This document shows, piece by piece, positions 40,553 through 51,038 of a stretch of 64,000 nucleotides of DNA. A program made the translations under genes and the position numbers. Positions within the stretch are counted from its first letter, which is position 1, and each line of letters opens with the position of its first letter. Under the pieces are notes generated by a model. The model was not told the DNA's origin. It did not search any database and saw only the letters and a program-made list of their open reading frames with translations. Origin of the DNA: Verrucomicrobiota bacterium (GTDB taxonomy: Bacteria; Verrucomicrobiota; Verrucomicrobiia; Limisphaerales; JACRJZ01); assembly GCA_016219875.1 (NCBI GenBank), contig JACRJZ010000150.1, forward strand, positions 870-64,869, read 5' to 3'.

Positions 40553-40827
40553 CGGACCTGGCCAACGAAGACCCGCGCCAAGCTGTCCAGCACATCGCGC
40601 AGGACAACCCCACGGCCGCCGCCAAACTCGGCTATGCGATCCTTGACCGGATCAAACTTCTGCGCGATTTCCCGTGGATGGGCCGAGTCGTGCCGGAGCG
40701 TGACGACCCCACCCTGCGCGAAGTCATTCACAAACCGTATCGCATCATCTACCGCGTGAAAACGGATCAACACTTGGTAGAGGTCTGGCGCATTTGGCAT
40801 GGAGCCAGAGGTGAACCTGTGATGTAA
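40531..40827 (+). CDS. RelE/ParE family type II toxin
   Basis: 98 aa; ...REVIHKPYRIIYRVKTDQHLVEVWRIWHGAR is the classic ParE/RelE C-terminal signature. Confidence 0.7.
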   Translation: MAFAVIVTDLANEDPRQAVQHIAQDNPTAAAKLGYAILDRIKLLRDFPWMGRVVPERDDPTLREVIHKPYRIIYRVKTDQHLVEVWRIWHGARGEPVM

Positions 40828-40833
40828 CGAGGC

Positions 40834-40974
40834 ATGAACAAAGTCTGGTTGCTTGGTTTCGTCCTGACGGTGGCGCTCTTCTTTGCTGGCTGCGCTTCGT
40901 CTGGCAGCGGTTCCACGGGGACTTCCACCCGCATTGGCGGCCACATCGATACCGGCGTTCAGAAACAGTTCTGA
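40834..40974 (+). CDS. small lipoprotein (46 aa), entericidin-like; not in the ORF track
   Basis: ATG at 40834. MNKVWLLGFVLTVALFFAGCASSGSGSTGTSTRIGGHIDTGVQKQF has lipobox FFAGC. Its size and Gly/Ser/Thr-rich mature part resemble the entericidin EcnA/EcnB family. Confidence 0.45.
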   Translation: MNKVWLLGFVLTVALFFAGCASSGSGSTGTSTRIGGHIDTGVQKQF

Positions 40975-40987
40975 GAGGTTTCACCGC

Positions 40988-42121
40988 ATGAGCCAATCCC
41001 CGCCACGCACTGCCGACGACGAAACCATCATGCGCCTGGCTCTGCGCCTGGCGCGGCGGGCGTACGGGCGGACCTCGCCAAATCCAATGGTCGGCGCAGT
41101 GCTCGTGAAGCGCGGTCAGATCATCGGCCAGGGCTGGCACCATCGCGCGGGTGAACCGCACGCGGAGATCGAGGCGCTGCGCGAGGCCGAGCAGCACGAC
41201 CACAGCCTGAAAGGCGCGACGCTCTACGTAACGCTCGAACCGTGCTGCACCCACGGCCGCACGCCGCCTTGCACGGAAGCGATCATCCGCGCCGGCCTCA
41301 AGCGCGTGGTCGTCGCCGCCACCGATCCGAATCCCGACCACGCTGGCCGGGGTTTCAAGGTGCTCAAGCGCGCCGGCATCGCCGTCACGGTGGGCGTGCT
41401 GGCGGAGGAAGCTTTGCGACTGAACGAAGCTTTCAACCATTGGATCGTCCACCGCACGCCCTTCGTCACCGTCAAGGCTGCGATGACACTTGACGGTAAG
41501 ATCGCCACCGCCAGCGGCGACTCCAAGTGGATCACTGGAGAGAAAGCCCGCGCCGCCGGCATGAAGCTGCGGCAGGGATCGGACGCCATCCTCGTCGGCG
41601 TGAACACGGTGCTGGCGGATGATCCGAATCTGACGGCCAGAGGTCGGAGGTCAGAAGTCAGAGGTCAGAAGACGCTGCGCCGAATCATTCTCGATTCGCG
41701 GGGGCGCACGCCGTTGACCTCGCGGGTGGTGGCGGATGAATTGGCCTGCCTAACGACCATTGTGGTCACGAAGGTGGCGCCGGCGCGAAGAGTCGCACGG
41801 TTGGCGAAGCGCGTGGGCGTCGTCGTGGCACCGGCGCGGGACGGGCGCGTGAACCTGCCCTGGCTGCTGAAGCAGCTCGGCGCCGAGAACGTCACGAGCC
41901 TCCTCGTGGAAGGCGGCGGTGAAATCAACGCCTCGTTCCTGCTCGGCGGCCTGGCGCACCGTGGCGTCTTCTTCTATGCGCCGAAGATCATCGGCGGGCG
42001 CGACGCGCCTCCAGGCGTGGCCGGCAAGGGCATATCGCACCTCGCCGATGGCCTGACGCTGCGCGAGGTGGCATGGAAACGCCTCGGCCCAGACTGGATG
42101 CTCACGGCGCGGATCGGCTGA
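40988..42121 (+). CDS. ribD: bifunctional riboflavin biosynthesis protein RibD (pyrimidine deaminase / reductase)
   Basis: ATG at 40988 gives MSQSPPRTADDETIMRLALRLA. Deaminase zinc motifs HAEIEAL and LEPCCTHGRTPPC. The reductase domain is present (VTVKAAMTLDGKIA). Confidence 0.85.
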   Translation: MSQSPPRTADDETIMRLALRLARRAYGRTSPNPMVGAVLVKRGQIIGQGWHHRAGEPHAEIEALREAEQHDHSLKGATLYVTLEPCCTHGRTPPCTEAIIRAGLKRVVVAATDPNPDHAGRGFKVLKRAGIAVTVGVLAEEALRLNEAFNHWIVHRTPFVTVKAAMTLDGKIATASGDSKWITGEKARAAGMKLRQGSDAILVGVNTVLADDPNLTARGRRSEVRGQKTLRRIILDSRGRTPLTSRVVADELACLTTIVVTKVAPARRVARLAKRVGVVVAPARDGRVNLPWLLKQLGAENVTSLLVEGGGEINASFLLGGLAHRGVFFYAPKIIGGRDAPPGVAGKGISHLADGLTLREVAWKRLGPDWMLTARIG

Positions 42122-42199
42122 CCACGCGCGACGCGCCCAACAACTGAGCGACCGAGCGACCACCTCACCGTCATGCCTCAGTCTTGCCCAGCGGTAGTG

Positions 42200-42325
42200 C
42201 AGACATTCCGGTCTGCGGGTTCGCCGAACTTTCCAGTTCGGCGAGCGGCGAGGGACTGCGGATCGGAAAGTCCGCGCACCCGCAGGCCGGAAAGCCTGCG
42301 CTACGACGCTCGCCGGTCAAGACTG
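42200..42325. repeat. family B element fragment
   Basis: GGTAGTGCAGACATTCCGGTCTGCGGG...GCCGGAAAGCCTGCGCTACGACG internal modules without terminal inverted repeats. Confidence 0.45.
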
Positions 42326-42344
42326 GGGCCTTACCAGGGCTGAT

Positions 42345-42450
42345 CAAAGAAACACGCGGACAGGAGCGCGGGCAGCCTGCCCGCGCGTTCCGTCGAAAAT
42401 GGGAGCGAAAAACACGCGGGCAGGCTGCCCGCGCTCCTTCTTGAATCAGC
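42345..42450. promoter_or_regulatory. two tandem GC-rich palindromes upstream of rpsU
   Basis: AAACACGCGGACAGGAGCGCGGGCAGCCTGCCCGCGCGTTCC (42352-) and AAAAACACGCGGGCAGGCTGCCCGCGCTCC (42408-), each containing the perfect palindrome GCGGGCAG(C/G)CTGCCCGC. Function unknown. Confidence 0.35.
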
Positions 42451-42588
42451 CTTGGAAGCCTTACACCTCAGCCGTTTTGTCCGTTGACAGGCCGATTGGC
42501 CCCATTACTCTCTGCCGCCTGACCGCCAGGAAACCGGGGCAATCACGCCGGGTCCTCCTGCCGAACGTCACGGAGAGGAAGTGAGATA

Positions 42589-42786
42589 TTGACTGAGATC
42601 AGACTGAAAAAGGGCGAATCTGTCGAACGGGCGCTCCGGCGCCTGAAGAAGAAGATCGACCGCGAAGGCACTTTGAAGGAAGTGCGCAGCCACCGGCATT
42701 ATGAAAAGCCGAGTGAGCGGCGCCGCCGCAAAGAGAAAGTCGCGCGGTTCTCCGCCATGCTGAGCGCCCGCTACGCCGACATGTAA
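42589..42786 (+). CDS. rpsU: 30S ribosomal protein S21
   Basis: 65 aa; ...ESVERALRRLKKKIDREGTLKEVRSHRHYEKPSERRRRK matches the S21 family. Confidence 0.85.
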   Translation: MTEIRLKKGESVERALRRLKKKIDREGTLKEVRSHRHYEKPSERRRRKEKVARFSAMLSARYADM

Positions 42787-42847
42787 TTGCCTTGTCCTCT
42801 CCACGCCGGGTGCGGGCTGTCTTGATGCCTCACCCGGCTTTTTGATT

Positions 42848-43762
42848 ATGTATTCATTGTCCACCTGCTGGAATTCCGCCCGCCACACCGATGGCCGGGC
42901 CATGCTGCAGGAGGTCCGCGACCAGGGCTTCGAGTGGGCCGAACTCAGCCACGGCACGCGGATCAGCTTGTTGCCCGGCATCCTTGACGCCGTCGATTCC
43001 GGCCTCATCCGCATTTCCACGCTGCACAATTTCTGTCCGCTCCCGATGGGCGTGACCCAGGCGGCGCCGAACGTGTTCCAGTTCTCGTCCGACAATCCCC
43101 GCGAGCGCGAGAACGCCTTCCGCTACACGATCAAGACCCTGGACTTCGCCGTCCGCGTCAAGGCCACACTGGTCGTGCTCCACATGGGGTCCATCGACAT
43201 GAAGGAATACACCGACCGGCTGCTGGACATGGTCGGGGACGGCCAAAAGGACGCTCCCCGCTACCAGCAAGTCTGCGAGGAAGCCAGCCTGAAGCGCGAA
43301 CAACGCAAGGAGCGTTACGTCACCAACGCCTACGAGACGTTGCACCGGATCGAAAAGGAGGCCGCGGCGCGCGGCCTCAAGCTGGGCATTGAGAACCGCG
43401 AAGCCTTGGAGGAGATTCCGCTCGAAAGCGACTTGTTCCTCTTCTTCCGCGAGTTCACCAACCCGGCCGTCTGCTACTGGCACGACACCGGGCACGCGCA
43501 GATCAAGGAGAACCTCGGGTTCATCCAGCACGCCATGCATTTGGAAAGCTACGCCGACCGGCTGGCGGGTTTCCACATTCACGACGTGGAGTTCCCCGGC
43601 CGCGATCATCGTCCGCCGGGCAAAGGCATGATCGACTTCGCCGCCCTCAAGCCGTGGGTGAAGGCCGAACATCTCAAGGTCTTCGAGTTGAGTCCGTCCC
43701 TCACCGCGGACGAGGTCAAGGAAGGCGTGGCGCACTTGAAAGGCATCTGGGGCCAGGAGTGA
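42848..43762 (+). CDS. sugar phosphate isomerase/epimerase (xylose-isomerase-like TIM barrel, AP endonuclease 2 family)
   Basis: ATG at 42848. LVVLHMG, LGIENRE, WHDTGHAQ are characteristic acid/metal-binding positions of the family. Confidence 0.7.
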   Translation: MYSLSTCWNSARHTDGRAMLQEVRDQGFEWAELSHGTRISLLPGILDAVDSGLIRISTLHNFCPLPMGVTQAAPNVFQFSSDNPRERENAFRYTIKTLDFAVRVKATLVVLHMGSIDMKEYTDRLLDMVGDGQKDAPRYQQVCEEASLKREQRKERYVTNAYETLHRIEKEAAARGLKLGIENREALEEIPLESDLFLFFREFTNPAVCYWHDTGHAQIKENLGFIQHAMHLESYADRLAGFHIHDVEFPGRDHRPPGKGMIDFAALKPWVKAEHLKVFELSPSLTADEVKEGVAHLKGIWGQE

Positions 43763-44886
43763 ACAAACCGAAGAAAACCTGGAAGACCCTGGCACGCGTG
43801 GGAGTCGGCGTGCTGCTGCTGGTCTGGATCTTCCACTCCATTTTCGTCAACGAGGCGCGCCAACAAGCCAAGCGCGGCGAGTTGCCAAGCCTCAACGGTC
43901 AGCAGATCGACGGAAAGAGTTGGGCGGCCCTTCCGCGTCCCGACCAATGGCGCTACGGCTGGCGCTACGGCCCGCCGGCCCTGGCTGCGGCCCTCGGCGG
44001 AGTGGAGCCGGGCGCGTTTGTCCTGTCGGTGGGGTTGGTGGGACTGGCGCTGTTCATCGGCGTGGTTCGATGGCGCATGGTCCTGCGAGTGCAGGGACTC
44101 GATCTACCGTTGGGCCGCGCCACGAAGATTTCCCTCGTGGCCCACTTCTTCAACGCCTTCCTGCTGGGCACGGCCGGGGGCGATGTTGCCAAAGCCTATT
44201 ACGCCGCCCAGGAAACGCATCATCGGAAAACCGAGGCGGTGCTGACGGTGCTGATGGACCGCATCCTCGGCCTTTGGGCGATGCTGCTGTTCGCGAGCCT
44301 GATGATCGTGCCGAACTGGGGGCTGTTCGCGAAGCCGGGTCTGCGCACGGCCGCGGCGTTCACTGTGGCGATGACGTGCGCGGCCACGGGCTTCGTCTAT
44401 CTCGCGTTCTGGGGCGGCGTCTCGCGCGCGTGGCCCAAGGCCCATGAGTTCCTGCGCCGATTGCCGAAAGGCGAATGGTTGGAGCGGACGCTGGAATCCT
44501 GTCGCAGCTTCGGACGGGACCGGCTGTTCGTGTTGCGTGCGGTCGGTCTTTCGATGCTGCTGAACCTGCTGGTGGTGCTGCAGTTTGTGGTGCTCGCGCG
44601 CGGCTTGCACCTGCAACTGCCGCCTCTGGCCCTCTACTTGGTGGTGCCGCTCGTGATTTGCATTTCCGCGCTGCCGATTTCACCGTCGGGACTGGGCGTG
44701 CGCGAGAACCTCTTCGTGCAACTGCTGGCCGCGGCCACCATCGGCGCGCCGGCCACGCTGTCGCTGTCGCTGTCGCTGCTCGCCTACGCTGGCAGCCTGG
44801 CGTGGAGCGTGGTGGGCGGCGTTGCTTACATGACGTTCCGCGACCGGCACCGGCTGAGAGAACTGGTGGAGGAAGAGCCGACTTGA
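43759..44886 (+). CDS. flippase-like integral membrane protein (UPF0104 / lysyl-phosphatidylglycerol-synthase transmembrane-region family)
   Basis: GTG start overlaps the upstream TGA (GTGA). Eight or more hydrophobic segments. The conserved FNAFLLGTAGGDVAKAYY region is typical of UPF0104. Confidence 0.55.
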   Translation: MNKPKKTWKTLARVGVGVLLLVWIFHSIFVNEARQQAKRGELPSLNGQQIDGKSWAALPRPDQWRYGWRYGPPALAAALGGVEPGAFVLSVGLVGLALFIGVVRWRMVLRVQGLDLPLGRATKISLVAHFFNAFLLGTAGGDVAKAYYAAQETHHRKTEAVLTVLMDRILGLWAMLLFASLMIVPNWGLFAKPGLRTAAAFTVAMTCAATGFVYLAFWGGVSRAWPKAHEFLRRLPKGEWLERTLESCRSFGRDRLFVLRAVGLSMLLNLLVVLQFVVLARGLHLQLPPLALYLVVPLVICISALPISPSGLGVRENLFVQLLAAATIGAPATLSLSLSLLAYAGSLAWSVVGGVAYMTFRDRHRLRELVEEEPT

Positions 44887-44954
44887 GCTTGGGAACAACT
44901 TCCCGTCCCCGCCCGTTGACACGTCGCGTTCCCCGCGTCTAGCCTCCGCGCGCC

Positions 44955-46221
44955 ATGTCACCGCTGCCAAGCGAACTTTTTCTGGCGCTGCGTTACCTGC
45001 GCCCGCGCCGGACTTTCGTGTCGGTGATCACGGTGATCTCCACCCTGGGCGCCATGCTGGGCGTCGCGGTGCTGATCATCGTCATCGCCGTGATGAGCGG
45101 CTTTGACCGGGAATGGCGCGAGCGCATCCTCGGCTGCAACGCGCACCTCAAGATCGCCATCCCGAACGCGGTGATGCGGGAGTACGCCGGTCTTCTGAGC
45201 CTGCTTTCCACCAATCCAGCCGTCCGCGGGGCCGCGCCCTTTGTGTTGGAGCAGGTGCTGATGGTCGGCAAGCCCATCGTGGGGAGTGACGCCCCGATTC
45301 GCGGCCCGGTCTTGCGGGGCGTGGATCCGGACCTGGAATCCAAAATCAGCGTCTTGCCTTCCAGCCTCATTCAGGGCGAGTTCGATCTCAACGGCCGGGG
45401 TCTCGTGGTGGGCAGCGAGATCGCGAGAGAGATGGAACTGAGCGTGGGCGATCACGTCACCATCTACTCGCCCAACAGCATCCGCCGCATGGAGAAATCA
45501 TTGCGGGACGGGAAGAAGGAAGCCGATCTCGGCGCCGACTATGAGGTGCGCGGCGTCTTCGATGTCGGCTTCAATGACTTCAACGCCATGATGGTCGTTA
45601 CGTCCCTCGAGAACGGCCAATACCTCTACAACCTCGACAACGGCATCCACGGCATTTTCGTCATGCTCAAGGATCCTTTCCAGGCCGACGCCATGAGAGA
45701 ATCGCTTCGACCACTGGTTTCCTCCGATTTGGCGATCACGACCTGGAAGGAGGACAACGCCCAGCTTTTCGGCGCGCTGGCGACGGAGAAAACCATGATG
45801 TACGTGATCCTGTTCGTGGTCTTCATCATCGCGGCGTTTGCGATCGTGAACTCGGAGATCACTTTCGCCGTGAGCAAATTCAAGGACATCGGCCTGCTCA
45901 AGGCGCTGGGTGCCTCCAACGCTTACGTCATGCGGATTTTCCTTGGCCACAGTATGGCGGTCGGCGTCCTGGGCGTCGGGCTGGGCTATGCGCTGGGACG
46001 GCTCTTTCTTCATCACATCAACGACATTTTGAATCTCGTCAGGAGCATGACCGGCTTCGACATGCTGCCGGCGGCCATTTACCAAATCCGGGAGCTGCCT
46101 TACGAAGTGTTGCCGTTGGACGTGGCCATCATCTGCGGCGGCGGCTTTTTGATTTGCACCGCGGCGGGCTTGCTTCCGGCGTGGCTGGCGGCGCGACTGG
46201 ACCCAGTGGAGGCGTTGCGCC

Positions 46222-46229
<8 letters not shown>
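44955..46229 (+). CDS. lipoprotein-releasing system transmembrane subunit (LolC/LolE; FtsX-like permease with MacB-like periplasmic domain)
   Basis: N-terminus LFLALRYLRPRRTFVSVITVISTLGAMLGVAVLIIVIAVMSGF is the classic LolC/E start. C-terminal FtsX domain. Confidence 0.75.
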
Positions 46230-46938
<709 letters not shown>

Positions 46939-47040
46939 CGGGACTGAAATGAATGGAAACCCGGTTTCGAGGGTTGACCCGGCGAGCAGACTGGCTAGTC
47001 TCCGCGGCTCAAGCTCGCAACCGAATTGAGCGACAGATTT

Positions 47041-48414
47041 ATGACAGAGAAACAAAACATTGCATTGGCCGGCGCCGCCACGCGCCGGGACTTCCTCAAG
47101 AAAACCGCCACCGCCGCTGCCGCGGTTGCCGCTACGGGCTTCCTCAAGACCCCGGTGTACGGCCAGGCCACCGCGCCGTCCGCCAATGTGGCGGGCGCCA
47201 ACAGCAAGCTGACCCTTGGCTTCGTCGGGCTGGGCAACCAGGGCATGAACTCGCACTTCAAGCCCATCCTGGCCGCCGCCGGCGAATACAACCTCGCCAT
47301 CGTCGCCGCGTGCGATGTGTCCAAACACCGCGTCGAAGAAGCCGTCGCGGCGGTGCCCGGCGCCAAGGGCTACGAGGACTACCGGCAGTTGCTCGAACGG
47401 AAGGACATCGACGTCGTCTTCTGCGCCACGGTCGATCACTGGCATGGCAAGGTTTCGCTGGACGCCATCAACGCCGGCAAGCATGTCTATGTCGAGAAGC
47501 CCATGACCCGCTACCTGGGCGAGGCCTTTGAGCTGTACGACGCCGTAAAGAAGAGCGGCAAGATTCTGCAAGTCGGCTCGCAGGGCTGCTCGGACCTCAA
47601 ATGGCACAAGGCCGCCGAGTGGATCAAGGCCGGCAAGATCGGCCCCGTCGTCATGTGCCAAGGCTCCTACATGCGCAACACGCCGAAGGGTGAATGGAAC
47701 TACACCATCCAGCCCTGGGCGACCAAGGACGACATCAACTGGAACCTGTGGGTGGGCGATAAAATCAAAGCCAAGAAAGACTTCAGCCCGGACGACTACT
47801 TCCGTTGGAGGAAGTACTACCGCTATTGCGCCGGTCTGCTGGGCGACCTCTTCCCGCACAAGCTGCACCCCTACATGCTCGCGACGGGTAATCCTGAATT
47901 CCCGAAGCGCGTCGCCGCCGTCGGCAGCAAGCCGTGCCAGACCGACAAGAACACGCCGGGCACGCCGGAGCGCGACTCACCCGAAATCCTCCAGCTCATC
48001 GCCGAGTTCCCCAGCGGTGTCACCATGCACATCTGCAGCAGTTCCGTGAACGAGCAGGGTGTGCTGGAGATGATCCGCGGCAACAAGGCCTCGCTCACCA
48101 TGGGCGGCAACAAGGTCGAACTGAAGCCGGAGCGGCCGTTCGCCGAAGAAATCGAGCCGGAGAACAGCGAGCAATTTCCGCCGGAGAGCATCCCGGTTCA
48201 CCACAAGAATTTCTTCGACTGCATCCGCGCCAACAAGCAGCCCAACTGCAGCGTCGATCTGGCCACCCGTGTCCAGGCCGTCGTCTCGCTGGGTGAAATG
48301 TCCGAGCGCCTGGGCGTCGTCTGCTTCTTCGACGAGAAGACGCGCAAGATCACGACCAGCGACGGCAAGGAACTCCAGCCGCTCACCTACGGCTCCGTCG
48401 AGGGGCTTTCGTAA
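47041..48414 (+). CDS. Gfo/Idh/MocA family oxidoreductase with twin-arginine signal
   Basis: ATG at 47041. TAT motif TRRDFLKKTATAAAAVAA. LGFVGLGNQG Rossmann region; EKPMT. Confidence 0.75.
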   Translation: MTEKQNIALAGAATRRDFLKKTATAAAAVAATGFLKTPVYGQATAPSANVAGANSKLTLGFVGLGNQGMNSHFKPILAAAGEYNLAIVAACDVSKHRVEEAVAAVPGAKGYEDYRQLLERKDIDVVFCATVDHWHGKVSLDAINAGKHVYVEKPMTRYLGEAFELYDAVKKSGKILQVGSQGCSDLKWHKAAEWIKAGKIGPVVMCQGSYMRNTPKGEWNYTIQPWATKDDINWNLWVGDKIKAKKDFSPDDYFRWRKYYRYCAGLLGDLFPHKLHPYMLATGNPEFPKRVAAVGSKPCQTDKNTPGTPERDSPEILQLIAEFPSGVTMHICSSSVNEQGVLEMIRGNKASLTMGGNKVELKPERPFAEEIEPENSEQFPPESIPVHHKNFFDCIRANKQPNCSVDLATRVQAVVSLGEMSERLGVVCFFDEKTRKITTSDGKELQPLTYGSVEGLS

Positions 48415-48436
48415 GCCGGCTCCACTCTCAGTTGAG

Positions 48437-48482
48437 AGCAGGTTTCGTGGCGTCGCTGCGGAACCTGCTTTTTTGTTTTTTG
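48437..48482 (+). terminator. rho-independent terminator
   Basis: AGCAGGTTTCG-TGGCGTCGCTG-CGGAACCTGCT followed by TTTTTTGTTTTTT; 22 nt after the stop at 48414. Confidence 0.65.
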
Positions 48483-48486
48483 TCTC

Positions 48487-49599
48487 ATGCATCCGTCGGA
48501 TCAGTCCTATCCGTCCGATCCGACTGATCAGTCCCACCGCCCTCCCCCCCTCCTCGTGGCCCGCTCTGCGATGGCCACTCGCTTCGAGATCGCGCTCCAC
48601 GGCGGCAATCCGGTTTCGCTGCGGGCCGCGGCTGAGGAAGCCCTGGACGAAATCGAACGGATTGAATCCCAACTGAGCCTCTACCGCCCCACCACCGAGA
48701 TCGCGCGGGTGAACGCCCTGGCCCATCGCGAGCCGGTGCGCGTCAGCCTGCCGGTCTTTCGCCTGCTCCAGCGAGCCAGGCAACTTCATCAGGAAACCGA
48801 CGGCGTCTTCGACATCACCATCGCTCCCCTGCTCCGCTGCTGGGGTCTGATGGGAGGAGCCGGCCGCGTGCCCACGGAGGCAGAGATCGCCGAAGCCAGA
48901 GCCTGTGTCGGCATGGGCTTGGTTCAACTTGACGACGAAAACCTCACCGTCCGCTTCCAGCGCCCCGGCGTCATGCTCGACCTGGGAGCCATCGGCAAAG
49001 GCTACGCCGTCGAGAAGGCTGCCGAGCTGCTCCGCGAACTCGGCGTCACCAGCGCCTTGATTCACGGCGGCACCAGCACCATCTACGCGCTCGGCCAACC
49101 GCCCGATCAGGAGACCTGGAAGGTGGCGCTCGAAATGCCGTCACGAGAGAGGACCGGTTTCCAACTCGCTCAACCCAGCCCTGGCTCGGACGCATCGCAG
49201 GTCAGTCGGGAGGCCCGCCCCACTCCGCTCGCGGTCGTCCCGTTGCGCGATGAGTCTCTCTCCGTCTCCGCCGTCTGGGGCAAATCCTTCCATGCCGGCG
49301 GCAAGACTTACGGCCACATCATCGACCCGCGCACCGGCACGCCAGCCGACGCTGCTATCCTGGCGGCCGTGGTGTTGCCGTCCGCCACCGAGACGGACGC
49401 CCTCTCCACGGCCCTGATGACCCTGGGCTGCCAAGGCCATTCCCAAATCGCCGCCCTCCGGCCAGGGATGAAGAGCTTCCTCGCATCCCGTCGAGACTCG
49501 GACATCGCTTTCGAAGGCCGCGGAATTGCGCCGCTGATCTCCAGTCTCAGACATCCTGAGCCGCCCGCACGGTTTTGTGGAGGCCAGGAATCGAGATGA
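48487..49599 (+). CDS. apbE: FAD:protein FMN transferase (ApbE family)
   Basis: DLGAIGKGYAVEKA and GGTSTI motifs; GKTYGHIIDPRTG. The true start may be ATG 48571 (MATRFEIALHG). No obvious signal peptide. Confidence 0.7.
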   Translation: MHPSDQSYPSDPTDQSHRPPPLLVARSAMATRFEIALHGGNPVSLRAAAEEALDEIERIESQLSLYRPTTEIARVNALAHREPVRVSLPVFRLLQRARQLHQETDGVFDITIAPLLRCWGLMGGAGRVPTEAEIAEARACVGMGLVQLDDENLTVRFQRPGVMLDLGAIGKGYAVEKAAELLRELGVTSALIHGGTSTIYALGQPPDQETWKVALEMPSRERTGFQLAQPSPGSDASQVSREARPTPLAVVPLRDESLSVSAVWGKSFHAGGKTYGHIIDPRTGTPADAAILAAVVLPSATETDALSTALMTLGCQGHSQIAALRPGMKSFLASRRDSDIAFEGRGIAPLISSLRHPEPPARFCGGQESR

Positions 49600-49690
49600 A
49601 GCGGCGCTCACCGGGTCAGGGGACCCGGCCTACAGGAAAGGCGTGCCTTGTAGGCCCGGTGCCCTCACCGGTCGGCCCAGGCCAATCCCA
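49600..49690. repeat. family C REP-like palindrome
   Basis: CTCACCGGGTCAGGGGACCCGGCCTACAGG...CTTGTAGGCCCGGTGCCCTCACCGG. Confidence 0.5.
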
Positions 49691-49778
49691 CGGCTCAGGA
49701 GTTCTGAGTCTGCTGGCGGAGACGTTGGGAGGCTGAACATTTTCTTCCCTTTCCCCGCCGCTCCGGTATGTTCCCGCC

Positions 49779-51014
49779 ATGTTCAGTCATCTTGGACTTT
49801 CTTCCCAGGCCTTGCAGGGCGTCAAAGGAATGGGCTACACCGAGCCGACGCCGATTCAATTGCGCGCCATTCCCCTCGTGCTCGAAGGGCGCGACGTCAT
49901 CGGCAGCGCCCAAACGGGCACGGGCAAGACCGCCGCGTTCGCCCTGCCCATCATCACGAAACTGGGCGAGCACGCCCCAAGTCCGCGCGCCCTCATTCTA
50001 GAGCCGACACGCGAGTTGGCCGCGCAGGTGGAAACCGCCTTCCGCGACTTGGCCCGCTTCACCAATCTCCGCGTCACGGTGGTCTATGGCGGGGTCGGCT
50101 ACGGCCGGCAGCGCGAGGCCTTGGAACGCGGCGTGGACGTGCTGGTGGCAACGCCCGGCCGGTTGCTCGACCATTTGGGCCAGGGCACGTGCCGCCTGGA
50201 CCAAGTGCAATTCCTGGTGCTGGATGAGGCCGACCGGATGCTCGACATGGGTTTCCTCCCGGACGTGCGCCGCATCCTCGATAAGTGCCCGCGGCAGCGC
50301 CACACCTCGCTCTTCTCCGCCACCATTCCGGTGGAGATTGAAACGCTCATCCAGTGGGCCATGAAGAATCCGCAGACCGTGGAGATCGGCGCCCGCCGCA
50401 TGCCCGCGGAGACGGTGCGGCACGTTGTCTATCCGGTTTCCGACGACCAGAAGTCTGATCTGCTCCGTGCCTTGCTGGCGGAAGTGAACTACGATTCCGT
50501 GCTCATCTTCTGCCGCACCAAGCATCGGGCCGACCGCGTGGCCCACATGCTCAAGCAAAACAACCACGCCGTGGCCGTGCTGCATTCCAACCGGACCCAG
50601 CGCGAGCGGGAGCAAGCCTTGGACGGCTTCCGCAATGGCCGCTACGAAGTGCTCGTGGCCACGGACATCGCGGCGCGCGGCCTCGACATCACGGTGGTCA
50701 GCCACGTCATCAATTACGATGTGCCGCAGCATCCCGAGGACTACGTCCACCGCATCGGCCGCACGGGCCGCGCTCAGGCCACTGGAGACGCCTTCACCAT
50801 CATGGTGGCGGAAGACCGTCCGCATGTCGCCGCCATCGAGCGGTTCATCAGCCAGAGCATCCCGCGGGTAAAACTGGAGAGCTTCACCTACAAGTACACT
50901 TCGCTCTTCGACGACAATCCGCGCGACACCAGCCGGGAAGTCTCGCGAGGCGCGCGCGGGGTGCGGTTGCACGGCGGGTATTTCTTCGGCCCGGCCCGGC
51001 GGAAGCGGCGCTGA
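49779..51014 (+). CDS. DEAD-box ATP-dependent RNA helicase (RhlE-like)
   Basis: Q motif (GYTEPTPIQ), motif I AQTGTGKT, DEAD (LVLDEADRM), SAT, HRIGRTGRA. Basic C-terminal tail. Confidence 0.85.
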   Translation: MFSHLGLSSQALQGVKGMGYTEPTPIQLRAIPLVLEGRDVIGSAQTGTGKTAAFALPIITKLGEHAPSPRALILEPTRELAAQVETAFRDLARFTNLRVTVVYGGVGYGRQREALERGVDVLVATPGRLLDHLGQGTCRLDQVQFLVLDEADRMLDMGFLPDVRRILDKCPRQRHTSLFSATIPVEIETLIQWAMKNPQTVEIGARRMPAETVRHVVYPVSDDQKSDLLRALLAEVNYDSVLIFCRTKHRADRVAHMLKQNNHAVAVLHSNRTQREREQALDGFRNGRYEVLVATDIAARGLDITVVSHVINYDVPQHPEDYVHRIGRTGRAQATGDAFTIMVAEDRPHVAAIERFISQSIPRVKLESFTYKYTSLFDDNPRDTSREVSRGARGVRLHGGYFFGPARRKRR

Positions 51015-51038
51015 GGACGGGGGACGGTGTGACATCCA

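Noticed and set aside
48483-48545. Direct repeats TCCGTCGGATCAGTCC / TCCGACTGATCAGTCCC at the 5' end of the apbE ORF
   Set aside because: They are short (15-16 bp), imperfect, and lie inside a probable non-coding leader just after a strong terminator. There is not enough signal to call a feature. They may simply reflect the leader of apbE if the true start is ATG 48571.
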